Source: Octopus vulgaris (taxonomy: Eukaryota). From it: 64,000 nt of DNA. The number at the start of each line of letters is the position of its first letter. The first letter of the stretch is position 1. The position numbers were made by a program, and so were the translations under genes. Of this stretch, positions 10,145 to 22,316 are shown piece by piece. The notes under the pieces were generated by a model. It did no database searches, had not been told where the DNA came from, and worked only from the letters and a program-made list of their open reading frames with translations. The stretch is taken from assembly GCA_951406725.2 (NCBI GenBank), contig OX597814.1:174592001-174656000 (forward strand), written 5' to 3'.

Positions 10145-12138
10145 TGCCCACCAGATAAGGGATCGGGGACCCTGTCGAAGGCTTTCTCCATGTCAACAAA
10201 AGCCAGGTACAGGGGCTTATCTTTGGCTAGGTATTTCTCCTGCAGCTGCCTTACCAGGAATATAGCATCAGTAGTACTTTTCCCTGGCACAAACCCAAAC
10301 TGCATCTCATCTAAACTAACTCTCTCTCTAATTAGTTGGGCTATGACCCTCTCCGTAACCTTCATCACCTGGTCCAACAGCTTGATACCTCTGTAGTTAT
10401 TTGTATCTAGGGCATCACCTTTACCTTTGTAGCAGTTGACTATTATACTGCTACACCAGTCATTGGGTATGACTCCTTCGTGTATCACCTGATTAACTAT
10501 ACGGGTGACTAGGCTATAGCCGACGCTACCAGACATTTTGAGCATCTCTGCAGTGATTCGTGATGGGCCTGGGGCTTTCCCTGTCTTCATGCTTCTAATT
10601 GCCTTAGCTACCACGGAACTATCAACTCGGATAGCTGGTCCCTCTGTTGGGTCAACATTCGGCAGACTCTCTTTATCCCATTCATTTTCTTCATTCAGCA
10701 ACCTTTCATAGTGGCATCTCCAAACCTCTCTCTTTGCATCCTCATTTAGCGCAAGTGAACCATCTTCCATGCGAACACACTTCTCTCCTACCACATCACG
10801 ATTCTCTCTCACACACTGTCTTGCAACACGAAACACCTCCAGTCTTTGGTCCTCACGGCGCAGAACATTGGCAAATTTTTTCTTATCTGCTTCCCCTCTG
10901 GCTAAATAAACCTGTCTCCTAGCTTCTCTTTTGGCAGTCTGATACAATTCCCTGCTACCCCCATTTTTCCAGACCTTCCAAGCCTGTCTCTTTTCTCTAA
11001 TAGCCCTGTCTACAATATTGTTCCACCACCACGTTATTCTAGGTCGAGAGGGGACTTTGCACCAGCCACAGATCTGGTCAGTGGCTCTCAGCAGGTTGTC
11101 CCTTAGAAACGTCCAGCTGTCTTCTACCCCCTGTGATGCTCTATCCCCTTCTACTTCGTCAGAGGCTTCAAGTAATATGTCCCTAAATCTCTGTCCATTT
11201 GCAGGATCTTTAAGCTTCCAGATCCTTCTTCTCCATATTTGTCGTCTTCTGGTTGTCCTCCTAGTCCTGATCCTAAAGTTACTAACTACCAGTCTATGTT
11301 GTGGGGTACATTCTTCACCTGGGAAGGTTTTGGCATTTATAAGCAGCCATCTCTCCCTTTGCCTTGTAAGGATGTAGTCAATTTGGCTGGTATGTTGGCC
11401 CGATTGGTAAGTGACTAGGTGGCTGGTAGGTTTCCTGAAGTTAGTGTTGCAAATCATAAGATTATTTGCATCGCAGAACTCCAGCAGCCTGGTTCCCTCC
11501 TCGTTGCGGGAGCCATAGCCATAGCCTCCATGTACGCCATGGAAGCCCCCAGCATGTCGTCCAACGTGACCATTGAAGTCACCAGCCACAAAGATAAGGT
11601 CTCTGTCGTTCGTCAACGAGGTAGTCTGCAGTAGAGTGTCATAGAATCGGTCTTTCTGTCCATCGGGTAGCCCCGACTGAGGAGCATAGGCTGATATAAT
11701 GGTTGCTAAACTATGATGAAGCACTAATCTAATCTTAAGTATTCTGTCACATACTCTGATTACCTCAATTACTTTATCTACCCATTTCTCAGCGATAAGT
11801 ATACCCACGCCACCAACCCCGTCAGTGTTCCCTGCCCAGAAAATCTTGTACCTGCGTTCCTTGCCTGTGAGGAACCTAGCTGATCCTCCTCTCCACCTTA
11901 TTTCTTGCATGCAACATATATCTACACATCTCCGTTCAAGCATCTCGACTATCTCACCAGACCTACCTTTCAGAGTGCCAACGTTGAGGGTGCCAACCCT
12001 GAGGGTGTGGGAGGCATGGGCTCTAGAGACCCTGGGACGGTGGACAGTAGCTTCGTGTACCTGAAAAGAAAGCTCGCATTTGGCAGAATTCATGTGCAAG
12101 AAATGAAGTAGTAAAGTAGCCTTCAGTACAACCTGCAT
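10141..12138 (-). CDS. RTE ORF N-terminal part: AP-type endonuclease and RT start (frameshift at ~10165-10168)
   Basis: GTLNVGTL, CMQE, SAYAP, AGDFNGHVG, QIDYIL, QHRLV endonuclease motifs; KAPGP, NYRGIKLL, QFGF, FVDMEKAFDRV RT motifs. Confidence 0.93.
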   Translation of the reverse strand: MQVVLKATLLLHFLHMNSAKCELSFQVHEATVHRPRVSRAHASHTLRVGTLNVGTLKGRSGEIVEMLERRCVDICCMQEIRWRGGSARFLTGKERRYKIFWAGNTDGVGGVGILIAEKWVDKVIEVIRVCDRILKIRLVLHHSLATIISAYAPQSGLPDGQKDRFYDTLLQTTSLTNDRDLIFVAGDFNGHVGRHAGGFHGVHGGYGYGSRNEEGTRLLEFCDANNLMICNTNFRKPTSHLVTYQSGQHTSQIDYILTRQRERWLLINAKTFPGEECTPQHRLVVSNFRIRTRRTTRRRQIWRRRIWKLKDPANGQRFRDILLEASDEVEGDRASQGVEDSWTFLRDNLLRATDQICGWCKVPSRPRITWWWNNIVDRAIREKRQAWKVWKNGGSRELYQTAKREARRQVYLARGEADKKKFANVLRREDQRLEVFRVARQCVRENRDVVGEKCVRMEDGSLALNEDAKREVWRCHYERLLNEENEWDKESLPNVDPTEGPAIRVDSSVVAKAIRSMKTGKAPGPSRITAEMLKMSGSVGYSLVTRIVNQVIHEGVIPNDWCSSIIVNCYKGKGDALDTNNYRGIKLLDQVMKVTERVIAQLIRERVSLDEMQFGFVPGKSTTDAIFLVRQLQEKYLAKDKPLYLAFVDMEKAFDRVPDPLSGGQ

Positions 12139-12177
12139 AATGCTAGCCTTTCATATTTTGCACTGTATGAACATTAC
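12061..12177 (-). other. Candidate 117-nt GT-AG intron inside the LINE
   Basis: Donor AAG|GTAATG, acceptor GCTTTCTTTTCAG|G, in-frame TGA inside; removal joins a 33-codon ATG exon in phase 0 to the endonuclease. Confidence 0.55.
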
Positions 12178-12276
12178 CTTACATAGGTCGAGACTAGGGG
12201 TAGGGGGATGGTGAGAGCATTTGCAGTCTTCATGGGAAGCAACCCCGGAATGGCAGAGAATAGGAACTTCCGGCAT
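12178..12276 (-). CDS. Candidate first coding exon of the LINE ORF (MPEVPILCHSGVASHEDCKCSHHPPTPSLDLCK)
   Basis: ATG at 12276, 99 nt without stop, ending exactly at the donor. Confidence 0.5.
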
Positions 12277-12713
12277 GCGTGGCGGGGGCGGGTGCACCGT
12301 AGCTGAGTAAAGAGGTTCTGTTAATCGTATGAGCTAGCAAATGGGTTTGTATGAATCGGGAGACAATACTAAACGAAAAATTGAAAAATCAGAGTGGCTA
12401 TGAACCTGGAGACAAGTCTAAACGAAAAAAATGTTTGAGCTAGACAGGGTAATGAGGGAATACTGAAAGAATGAGGGACAATACAATGAGATGGAAATTG
12501 AAGAATAGAGAAAGAATAAGAATAAGTGCAAGAAAGAAGGTAGTCGTAGCGAGGTTGGACGATTCACTTGACTTTTAGCCATTCATGATCTGTGCGTATT
12601 CTTCTTTAGATATTTTGAAGCGAGTGGGGTTAACGATAAATGTGATCGCTCTTTTATATATGGCGATGATGGTTTTGGGAAGGGGGGGGCATATTTTCTC
12701 CTTTTGACTCACA

Positions 12714-12757
<44 letters not shown>

Positions 12758-13019
12758 ATTTTCTTGTTTTGTCTTTGTGTAACTCTCTTTCTCTTTGTTG
12801 CAACCAATATCTTTCCATTTATTTCTCTCTTTCTCTCTCCCTTCCACCTCTACAATCTTTCTTTGAATATCTATGTATGTTTCTCCTCCCCTTTGTTCTT
12901 ATCAATCTTTCCATGTTACCTTCTCTCTTGTTTCCTTAACCTCTTTCACATTCTTCTCACCATTATATTTATATGTACATCTCTTACCACTTCTCCTTCC
13001 CTCTCTCTCCTTCTCTCTT

Positions 13020-13520
13020 CCTCATGCCCTTTCTCTCTTCCCCTCATGCCCTTTCTCTCTTCCCCTCATGCCCTCTCTCTTTTCCCTCATGCCCTCTCTC
13101 TCTTCCCCCATGCCCTCTCTCTTTTCCCACATGCCCTCTCTCTCTTCCCCATGCCCTCTCTCTTCCCCAATGCCCTCTCTCTCTTCCCCCAATGCCCTCT
13201 CTCTCTTCCCCCATGCCCTCTCTCTCTTCCCCCCATGCTCTCTCTCTTCCCCCCATGCCCTCTCTCTCTTCCCCCATGCCCTCTCTCTCTTCCCCCATGC
13301 CTTCTCTCTCTTCCCCCAATGCCCTCTCTCTTTTCCCCCAATGCCCTCTCTCTCTTCCCCCAATGCCCTCTCTTTCTTCCCCCATGTCCTCTTCTCTTCC
13401 CCATGCCCTCTCTCTCTTCCCCCATGCCCTCTCTCTTTCCCCCCATGCCCTCTCTCTCTTCCCCATGCCTCTCTCTCTCTTCCCCCATGCCCTCTCTCTC
13501 TTCCCCCATGTCCTCTCCCT
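13020..13520. repeat. Polypyrimidine minisatellite, ~20-23-bp unit CCCCATGCCCTCTCTCTCTTC
   Basis: More than 20 visible units inside a CT-rich tract at 12710-13765. Confidence 0.95.
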
Positions 13521-15148
13521 ACGTCCTCTCTTTCTCTGTCCTTCCACCTCCTGTCCCTCCCACCACCTTCCCCTCCCACCACCTTCCATGTCCTCTCTCT
13601 CTCCTTCCACATCCTCTCTTTCTCTCTCCTTCCACGTCCTCTCTCTCTCTCCATCTCCATATCTTCTCTCTTCCACTATGTCCTCTCTCCCTCTTTAGCT
13701 CCTCTATCTTTCCGTGTTCTCTCTCTCTCTTCCTCTCCTCTTTCTTTCTCCCCCACCTCTCTCAATATGTCTACTAAGCATTTATAAATAGAATATCAAT
13801 AAAAAATTTGATAAGATAATTATGTTGCAAAAAGAGAAGTTTCTAGCCTTTAATGGATGGTTGCAGCTGTTATATACTGCTTTATGCATAATCTTTTCTG
13901 TAACTGTCTTCAGTCACTGGGCTTCTGCCATACTGGGTTACCACCTTAACCCTTTAGCAGTGAAATTAAATTTCATGGTTATTCCTGTTATGATGGTAAA
14001 TATCTACCAAATAAAAATAAAAAAAGAATTGGTATTTTCAGCAAGTCCTATTGCCACAAAAAGCTTTCCATATCTCTACAAAAATTTTTTCAAACATGAC
14101 ATTTCTCAACAGAAGATAGATTGGTATATAAAACTGCTTTAAGGATAATGAAATTTTGGATGAATATATCTATAAAAGAGTTTAAGGATTTCAGTCAATA
14201 GATTTCGACCATGCTAGATTACCACCTTTAAAAGTTTCAATGAATTATATCACATTCTCTTCAATACTTATTCTGTCAACTTCAGATGAGAATAAAAGAT
14301 GAAGTCTGTCCTCTTTGAAGGGAGATAATAGAGATGGGTAGAAATACTATAAGGTTTTGTTGTTCAACATACTTTTTTTTTTCCATTCAACACAAATACA
14401 CAGATATCTTATGGGTTTTTCTTTACACTGGATTTCAATCACCAAACTTCTGTCAATCCAAATTTATACAAGGAAATACGTATAAGATGCTACACAGTGG
14501 GATTGAACCGGGAACTGTGTTATATGTAGAAGAGATAAAAATAATAATAAAGGATTTATCAAGCCCCCTATGGTTTGGTAGTAACATACTTCTATCCTGA
14601 GTCAGGATCATAGGTGAACTTGAACTAAGCACTGCAACCTAACAAAACCTTCATTAACAGTACAGCTCTTACTGACTACAATACTGAGCTGTTGTTTAGC
14701 CCCATGTAATCTCTGGCTATATTTTTGATCAGAGATATTCCAGCCAAACCATCTCACCTTTTCATTCTCCAATGTTTTCTTTTTTATAGTAATAGTTTGT
14801 AACTCAAGAGAATTTGGTTACTGTATCTAACAGAAACAATGGCCATGATGAGGTTCCTCTGTTAGCTCAGCACTTTGATGTAACTACTTATGGTTGCAAT
14901 TTGTAAGTAGTTAGTTGGGCTGTGAGTTAAGTTCTTTGGCATGAGAACACTTTTGTATCAGTAAAGGAGTTTGAACTGTCTGTAGTGTGATTCCCTGATC
15001 AGAATGTGGATGCATGCATCACTCACTCATTCATACACTAGACTTAGACTATATCAGAGCTCATAACATACAACATGAGTAATAATCGATTGATCTCATA
15101 TAGAAGTCTACTTAAACATAACTACATAAGTACATGTTACTTACTAAT

Positions 15149-15570
15149 CATCTTCATCATTTACCGTCCGTTTTCCATGCTGGCATGGGTTGGATGGTTT
15201 GACTGGAGCCAGGTGCAGCCTGCTGGCTTGCCAGTCCCCAGTCTGATCTGGCACTGTTTCTACAGCTAGATGCCCTTCCTAATGCCAACCACTCTAAGAG
15301 TGTAATGGGTGCTTTTTATGTGTCACTGGCACGGGAACCAGCCAGGTAGCACTGGCATCAGCCACATTCAGATGGGGCTTTTTATTTGCTACTGGCACAG
15401 GAGCCAGTTGAGGCAGGGGGGGCTGGCATCGACCACGTTCAGATGCTGCTTTTTACATGCCACCGGCATGGGAGCCAGTCAGGCAGCACTGGCAACGACC
15501 CATGCATGAATGGTGCTTATTGCGTGCCACCAGCATGAGAGCCAGTCAGGCGGCACTGGCATCAGCACTG
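15149..15570 (-). mobile_element. 5'-truncated RTE 3' UTR copy (diverged)
   Basis: CATCAT tail, TTTTCCATGCTGGCATGGGTTGGA terminus and 4 degenerate GGTGCTTTTTA.GTGCCAC.GGCAC units. Confidence 0.85.
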
Positions 15571-15845
15571 AGGTGAGTGTTTTCTATCATAGTTTTGGAT
15601 CTAAAAAATCTTTGTGAGTAGAATTTGGTAGCCTAAACAGATGCAAATCCTTACAGAGAGTGGGGTCCTTCCTTGGCCCTCAACTCCTAATGGAGTCATA
15701 GACATTATTGCAACATACTGCATAACTGAAGCATTTTAACTGGCAGCTCATCTCCTTCAAGGTTTGAATATGGCTGATTTCTTGCAGAACTTAGAATGAT
15801 TGTGAAAATATGTAGGATTTAAGCAGTTGAAAATAATGATATACC

Positions 15846-16224
15846 CTTTTACTCTTTTACTGGTTTCAGTCATTTGACTGTGGCCATGCTGGAGCACTGC
15901 CTTTTGTCGATTGAGCAAATCGATCCCAGGACTTATTCTATCAGTCTCTTTTGCCGAACCGCTAAGTTACGGCGACGTAAACACACCAGCATCGGTTATT
16001 AAGCGATGTTGGGGGGGCAAACACAGATACATAAACATATACACACACATACATATATACGACGGGCTTCTTTCAGTTTCCACCTGCCAAATTCACTCAC
16101 AAGACTTTGGTCAGCCCAAGGCTAAAGTAGAAGACACTTGCCCAAAGTGCCACGCAGTGGGACTGAACCCAGAACCATGTGGTTGGTAAGCAAGCTACTT
16201 ACTACACAGCCACTCCTACGCCTA
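15846..16224 (-). mobile_element. tRNA-derived SINE, family B (internal TA/TG microsatellite)
   Basis: Head AGGCGTAGGAGTGGCTGTGTAGTAAGTAG..GGGTTCAGTCCC, tail GTAAAAGAGTAAAAG; homologous to 24870-25248 and 31993-32402. Confidence 0.85.
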
Positions 16225-16358
16225 TGACAAATTTCTCAGAGTTGTCTTTGAGCATGAAGAAAATATTAAGTGGGGCCTAACATGTTCAATAACTGAGCTG
16301 AAAGATTTTAGTTACTGAAAAATATACCTGTAATAAAAAGAAAAATCTTTATCTTTAA

Positions 16359-16557
16359 CCCTTTAGCATTCAAACCAACCATATCTGATCTGAATATTCT
16401 ACCTGTTTTGTGTTCAAACTGGCAATATTTGGCCTCTGACACTGGCCTTACCATGTCATTCTAAAGCTATGCAATCACACCATAAAAATTTTAAAGTTAT
16501 AAGATGATTCATGATTTATTCAAAACAATATGAATGAGTAATCTGAAGGCTAAAGGG
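16359..16557. mobile_element. TTAA-flanked piggyBac-like MITE, family M1 (other copies ~23688-23906, ~40343-40790, ~49770-49987, 62299-~62493)
   Basis: TTAA|CCCTTTAGCATTCA...TGAAGGCTAAAGGG|TTAA. Confidence 0.85.
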
Positions 16558-17525
16558 TTAAGATAAGTGATGTTACTCTGAACTTCAAATTGCAGTGAGC
16601 AATGAGACCAGTTATTACTGAACATGTTTCAGTTATATTAAAATTCCTCAGTGGAGTATGTTTATCCTTTGATTTTGTCGGATTGAAAAAAATATATGAT
16701 CAGACATTCCATTGACGACCATCCCAACGTTTTTGAGGCATAATGTATCTAGAGCTACATTATCTAATATGTCCTTCCCTTTTTAAGACTCTATGATGAG
16801 AATTTATTTGAGAAAAAGTTGGCTGCTATTTCTAGCATGTTGAGTGACAACATATGGACTTCTTCATTAGCTCATTGTATGTTCATTCATTTGTGTATAT
16901 GTACAGATCTCTCTCTCTCTCTCTCTCTTTCTCTCCAGATTTAGTTGTCGTAAATATTGTACCATATTCCTGGCTAAAACAATTATTGATTCCCCTGCCT
17001 TCTTTGAGTTGCAGTTAGGCCTCATAAGGTTTAAAGCACAAATCATTGGTTCCTTTTTTTTCTCTCTTTTTTTTTTTTTTTTTTTTTTTTTTGCGTGCCA
17101 GAATATGAAGATAATGTATGTGAGAGGAGTCAACTGTCTCCAGCAATCAATACCACTTCAAACTGCAAACATGAAATTTTCTATCAGCAAAATCCTATGC
17201 TCTAGTCAACTTAAATTTATTGTTGATCTCTGCTCAATACTATCACTCCCACTATTAATGATTTTATTGTAGTTATCATTTGATGATAATAGTGACTGGT
17301 CAACAGCTGTTATCGATAACATAACTTTTTTTTCCTTTTTTTTTTTTTTCCTTTTTTTCAAAATATACATCAGATTCCTTGACAACACAATCTAATCTGA
17401 TAATAATGATGCAATGTAGGCTAGATCTAGGAATTGATGTAGTCTTTTTTACTTAGAGAGAGAGTGAAGTATCACAACCTTTTTATAGTTACCTTTCTCT
17501 ATCTCATTCTGACATATATACGAAA

Positions 17526-18035
17526 TCTATATATATAAAACTGTAGTTGTGTGAGTCTGTCCCCTTCGATTTAGATTCCTAACTACTCCCACATTTTGCG
17601 GTGCAGTTTAACCAAATTCGGGTATCTTATAGTCGTGATTCATATCGAGCCCGTCTGAGTATTAGCAAGTGTCTACGATGAGTCTACGATTTTAAAAATA
17701 ATTTAACATCATTTTTTATTCCATTTTAATGCATAATTTTTCGTGTGTCGATGGCGGCAGAGTTGGCGTCCATAGTCACACCTGCACCTGTTTGCTTCTC
17801 CCCCTTCTTCCCTCCCTTGTGAAGCTGTGGGGAAGGGAGTGTAAGGAAATCAACGTCGTAAAGCGTTGTCAAGGAGACCAGCGTTCTTTTAGAACAACGA
17901 CTTCATGGCTTGAAGACACCAAAACAGAAATGGCTAAGAAAGCCCGAATTGGCATCTATAAGGGAAGTAACTCTCTAAAAATGCTTATATAGTTATTTCC
18001 CTTACAAACCCGAGCAACGCCGGCGATACTGCTAG
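17526..18035 (+). mobile_element. Non-autonomous Helitron, family H2
   Basis: A|TCTATATATATAAAA start, CCGAGCAACGCCGG hairpin, CTAG|T end; CpG-rich relative to flanks. Confidence 0.85.
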
Positions 18036-18194
18036 TTAAATTATAAAGGAACAAGAAGTTTGTAATCAGTTTAATTAACTTACAGCTGTTTCTGTTTTTG
18101 TGCATCACCTTATAGCTTCTCAAATGAAGTGCTAGTTTATTTGGTAAAGAATTTACAGGCTACTATACAAACTGCTTACAGTAAATAAATAAAT

Positions 18195-18595
18195 CTGTCC
18201 ATCCATCTGTCTATCTATCTCTACCTTTATCTATCTCTATATTTATCTCTCTATATCTATCTATCTCTATATCTATCTATCTATCTATCTCTATATTTAT
18301 CTCTATATATCTATCTATCTCTCTCTCTATCTATCTATCTATCTATCTCTATATTTATCTCTCTATATCTATCTATCTCTATATCTATCTATCCCTATAT
18401 CTATCTATTTCTATGTCTCTGTATCTATCTCTATATCTATCTATCTATATCTACCTATATCTATATCTATATCTATCTATGTTTATATCTGTCTATATCT
18501 ATAGCTAGCTATCTCTATAGCTATCTCTATATCCATCTCTATATCCACCTCTATCTCTGTCTCCACCTTTATTTCTGCCTCTGCCTCTGTCTTTG

Positions 18596-18629
<34 letters not shown>

Positions 18630-18658
18630 CCTTTCTCTGTCTCTATCTATCTATCTAA
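18195..18658. repeat. Degenerate (CTAT)n/(CTATAT)n microsatellite
   Basis: Directly visible. Confidence 0.95.
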
Positions 18659-21338
18659 ATGGATAGACAGATCAATCCCTATGTATGTATATTTGTATTT
18701 GCTGTAAGTGATTTGGTCAAAGGCTTTCATTTTGAGCTTTAATGTATATATAAAATACGAGTGACCTAGAAAGACATGGAATGTAATAGTGAAGACAGAC
18801 CTCAAAATGTCAGACATCATAGGGGAGTTTGTCAAAGGACCTAGATGAATGGTGATATTCTGTGTTTGAGAAGACCCAGCCATCTTAGCAAAAATGTGGC
18901 CCTCTCAAGCTTTTCCCCATAACTTATATTTTAACTCCCATCCTTCTCTCAATCTTCTAACTATGACACTACTCAAAGAGTGCATTAAATGATACCATTT
19001 ATTCTCCTACACTTTACATTAAATCCCTACTGCTGCCCCTTATCACTTCCTCTACCCTGATCCACTCCCATTTCCCTCTCTTCCTCTTCCCCAACTTAAT
19101 ACTCTCCACAACCACTTCAGTTCCCATTTCTAATCATCTGTCATACTCTTTTCACACTCTAACACACTTATCTACCCACCCACCACTTCTGTTCTTCTAT
19201 CCCTTGTTTCTCTCATAATTGCCTTGTACCTTGAGAGTAAACCATATATTCACCTCTTCTGCAAGACACCTGTCCTGTCATGATTTCACTTCCTTCAATA
19301 CTGTATCCCACACAATTGATGTGTTTTATCTCACTAGCATTAGTGCCACAAAGAAAAAGAAGCACCCAGTACATTCTGCAAAGTTGGCATTTGGAAGGAC
19401 ATCAATCTATAGAAATCATGCCAAAACAAGCATTGGAGCTTGGCACAGCTCCCTAAATCATCAGTTTCTCTTGAACTGTCTGACCTATGCTGGCATAAAA
19501 AAATAATAAATCATGCCCTAATGATAATGATATAATAATAAAGTGAACATGATAGGTATTTACTTATTTAGACAGTATATAAACAGATGTATGCAGGATA
19601 ATATGGCTTCATTATTTGGAGTTGTAGGTCGTATATGACTCAAAAAATGTAGGTCATATATGACTGAGGTAGATTTAAACTTAAGAAACATTGGTCTTCA
19701 TGTTTAACAGGACACAAACTTGATATACAAATAGAAAAGACAGTGTTACTGATCCACTCAACTCTTGCCAACATGTTAAAAACAAAAATAAAAAAAAAAA
19801 GAACATACCTGTGTGATTAAATTTTCTAAGCAAACTTTATATCCACAAAGTAAAGCCTGCATGCACACACATATACTTAATATAGTGGTTGGTAGAAGGA
19901 AAGGCATCCAACCGTAGAAACCATACCAACGTAGACACTGGAGCAAAATGCAGTCTTTGGACCCATCATATCCTGTGAAACTGTCCAACTCATACCAGTG
20001 TGGAGGCTGGACTTTACAAGATGATGATGATATAGAAAACTGATAAACAGAGAGAGAGAGATGTGTATGTAAAAATAGTGTTAAGTTATAGCTCCTATAT
20101 ATCAAAAGGTAACTTAGCTATTCAAAAAATAGGGATGAGAAAAATAAGTTCCAGGCTGAAATAAGTACTGTATGAATAACTAAAATCTCTTGAAAGCAGT
20201 GCACCAGTAATGGCTCCAGTCCAGTGGCTGAAACTAGTAAAAGATAAATAAAATAATTAAAATGATTATGGCGGTAATATTGATATTGCCTATAAAATTA
20301 GCTTTTATCATGACTAAGGAAGGAGACATTTCAAAATGTAAGCTGAGTACACACAAGAGAGTACATGAGTAAACTTATATCTCATTGTCCAAAGCCTATT
20401 GGGTTTTATTTTATTTATGTTGTTGGTTTTTTTTTTTCTTTCAATTAGATTAAGTACTTTAAAGACTAGTTTTCTCTTCCTTCTCCTTATCATCATTGTC
20501 ATTATTATTTGTGGTGGTGTTAGTAGTAGTAGTAGTTGTGATGGTGGTGGTGCATGAAATTGTAGAATACCAAGCTATCTTAGTGTATTTAGTTTTTTCC
20601 TGTTTACAATGTCAGCTCAAATATTGTATGTGGAAGGGTGTAGAGTAGAAACTGTAGATGAGAGCTTTGATATTAACTTTTTGTCTTAATGAATGAACTA
20701 AGTACCAGCAATATAATTAACAAACCCTGCAATGCAAAAATTAACATTGTGCCTCATGGAGAAAGAAGTGATGACTGACTTACTGGAGGCTTACCAGTTA
20801 CTCTACAGCAAAGTCAAAATCCAGCTTTGGTTTTGCTGGCAAAACTTATTTCTCTTCTCTAAGCCCATTGATACCTTTGAAAAAGGTTTGAATGCCACAG
20901 CTTCCCATAAAACCTCATCTTCAAATTTGTGGTTTTCTGTTGGCTCTTCTAACTGATATGTAAACCTCTGCACCAATGCACTTTGTACTATCTCTGTCTT
21001 TTTATTGATGCTGCACACAATTCTACTCTTATAGATTAGGTTCTCTCTCACTCTCTATCTCTATCTGTCTATCTATCTCTCTCTTCCACTGTATCTGACC
21101 CACAAATTCCATGCTAAAATTTTGTTCCACGGCTTTGCTACAACCGCAGTCTTCTGGTGGAATGAAGTGATTGTGTGTGGCTAATTTTATGTTGACAATT
21201 TGACATGGGTGACTGGACACTCAACATGACAGTACATTTTGGCACTGGAGGCAAACACACACACACACACAGGGAGAGAGGGAGAGAGAAGGAGAGACAG
21301 ACAGATAGACAGACATACACAGACAGGGAGAGGCAGAT

Positions 21339-21452
21339 AGATTGAGAGAAGGAGCGATGCATTACAATTTATTGAACTCTTTCCTTCTCATACACATAAA
21401 GAGAAAATGTTCACATACATTAACAGAGAGAGAGAGAGAGAGAGAGAGATGT

Positions 21453-21507
<55 letters not shown>

Positions 21508-21631
21508 TATACACATACAGATAAAGAGGAGGAGAGACAAACAGATTGAGAGAAGGAGCGTCACATTACAATTTATTAAACACTTTCCTTCTCCTCATAC
21601 ACATAAAAAGAAAATGTTCACACACATTAAC
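21339..21631. repeat. ~87-bp direct repeat flanking (AG)n(AC)n
   Basis: AGATTGAGAGAAGGAGCG...TTCACAYACATTAAC at 21339-21424 and 21543-21631. Confidence 0.85.
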
Positions 21632-21769
21632 CGAGATGAAAACATTAAAAGCTTGATGTCAAATAAGTCAGCATTGAATCAGTGGCACCAAATAGGCAGT
21701 GTCAAAATGACAGCCAAAATGTCTCCAACCCATCCTTTTATATCTTCCACCCTTTCCATATGGGGGGGA

Positions 21770-21991
21770 GTTTGTGTGTCTGTGTTTGTACCCCTAGCAT
21801 TGCTTGACAACTGATGCTGGTGTGTTTACGTCCCCGTCACTTAGCGGTTCGGTAAAAGAGACCGATAGAATAAGTACTGGGCTTACAAAGAATAAGTCCC
21901 GGGATCGATTTGATCGGCTAAAGGCAGTGCTCCAGCATGGCCGCAGTCAAATGACTGAAGCAAGTAAAAGAGTAAAAGAGAGAGTAAAGAG
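21770..21991 (+). mobile_element. Family B SINE, 3' half
   Basis: Closely matches 25042-25248. Confidence 0.85.
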
Positions 21992-22316
21992 TATACAATC
22001 ATTGTTCTGTAGTTCCAGGTCAACTCTGATAAAGCAAACCAATGAACAAAAGAGCTTTCTGCCATGACCATCCCATCTTTTCCCTTGGCAGAGTGCATCT
22101 GGGACCACATTAATCAGTATACCCCTTTTTTTCTAACATAGTAGTGCATGATCTTGAAGGAGATTTACCTGGTATTTCTAGCAATTTGTAGGGATTAAAT
22201 AATCGAAATAAGATATGCAGGCTGGCTGTGTGATTAAGAAGTTCTATTTGCAACCACCTGGTTTGGGGGTTCAATTCCACAATGTGACACTTTGGTCAAG
22301 TGTCTTCTACTAGTTT

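Larger units (their letters stand above)
8377..12572 (-). mobile_element. Near full-length RTE-clade LINE (copy 1)
   Basis: APE endonuclease + RT ORF, ~600-nt 3' UTR, (ATG)n tail at 8377-8396; 5' limit approximate, no TSD found. Confidence 0.95.

Noticed and set aside
8901-12111. Plus-strand ORFs overlapping LINE copy 1 (and minus-strand ORFs over copy 2)
   Set aside because: Antisense shadows of the EN-RT ORF.
12280-12572. HDV-like ribozyme in the RTE 5' UTR
   Set aside because: Known in some RTEs, but I could not assemble the nested double pseudoknot by eye; needs a descriptor search.
12704-13787. Long ORFs (357, 304, 241, 212, 210 aa)
   Set aside because: Open in most frames only because the CT-rich minisatellite lacks stop codons.
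17052-17358. Processed retrocopy suggested by two poly-T tracts
   Set aside because: No polyadenylation signal, TSD or recognisable coding sequence.
20803-21051. 82-aa minus-strand ORF as a gene
   Set aside because: No recognisable motif; the start lies in a GA microsatellite.
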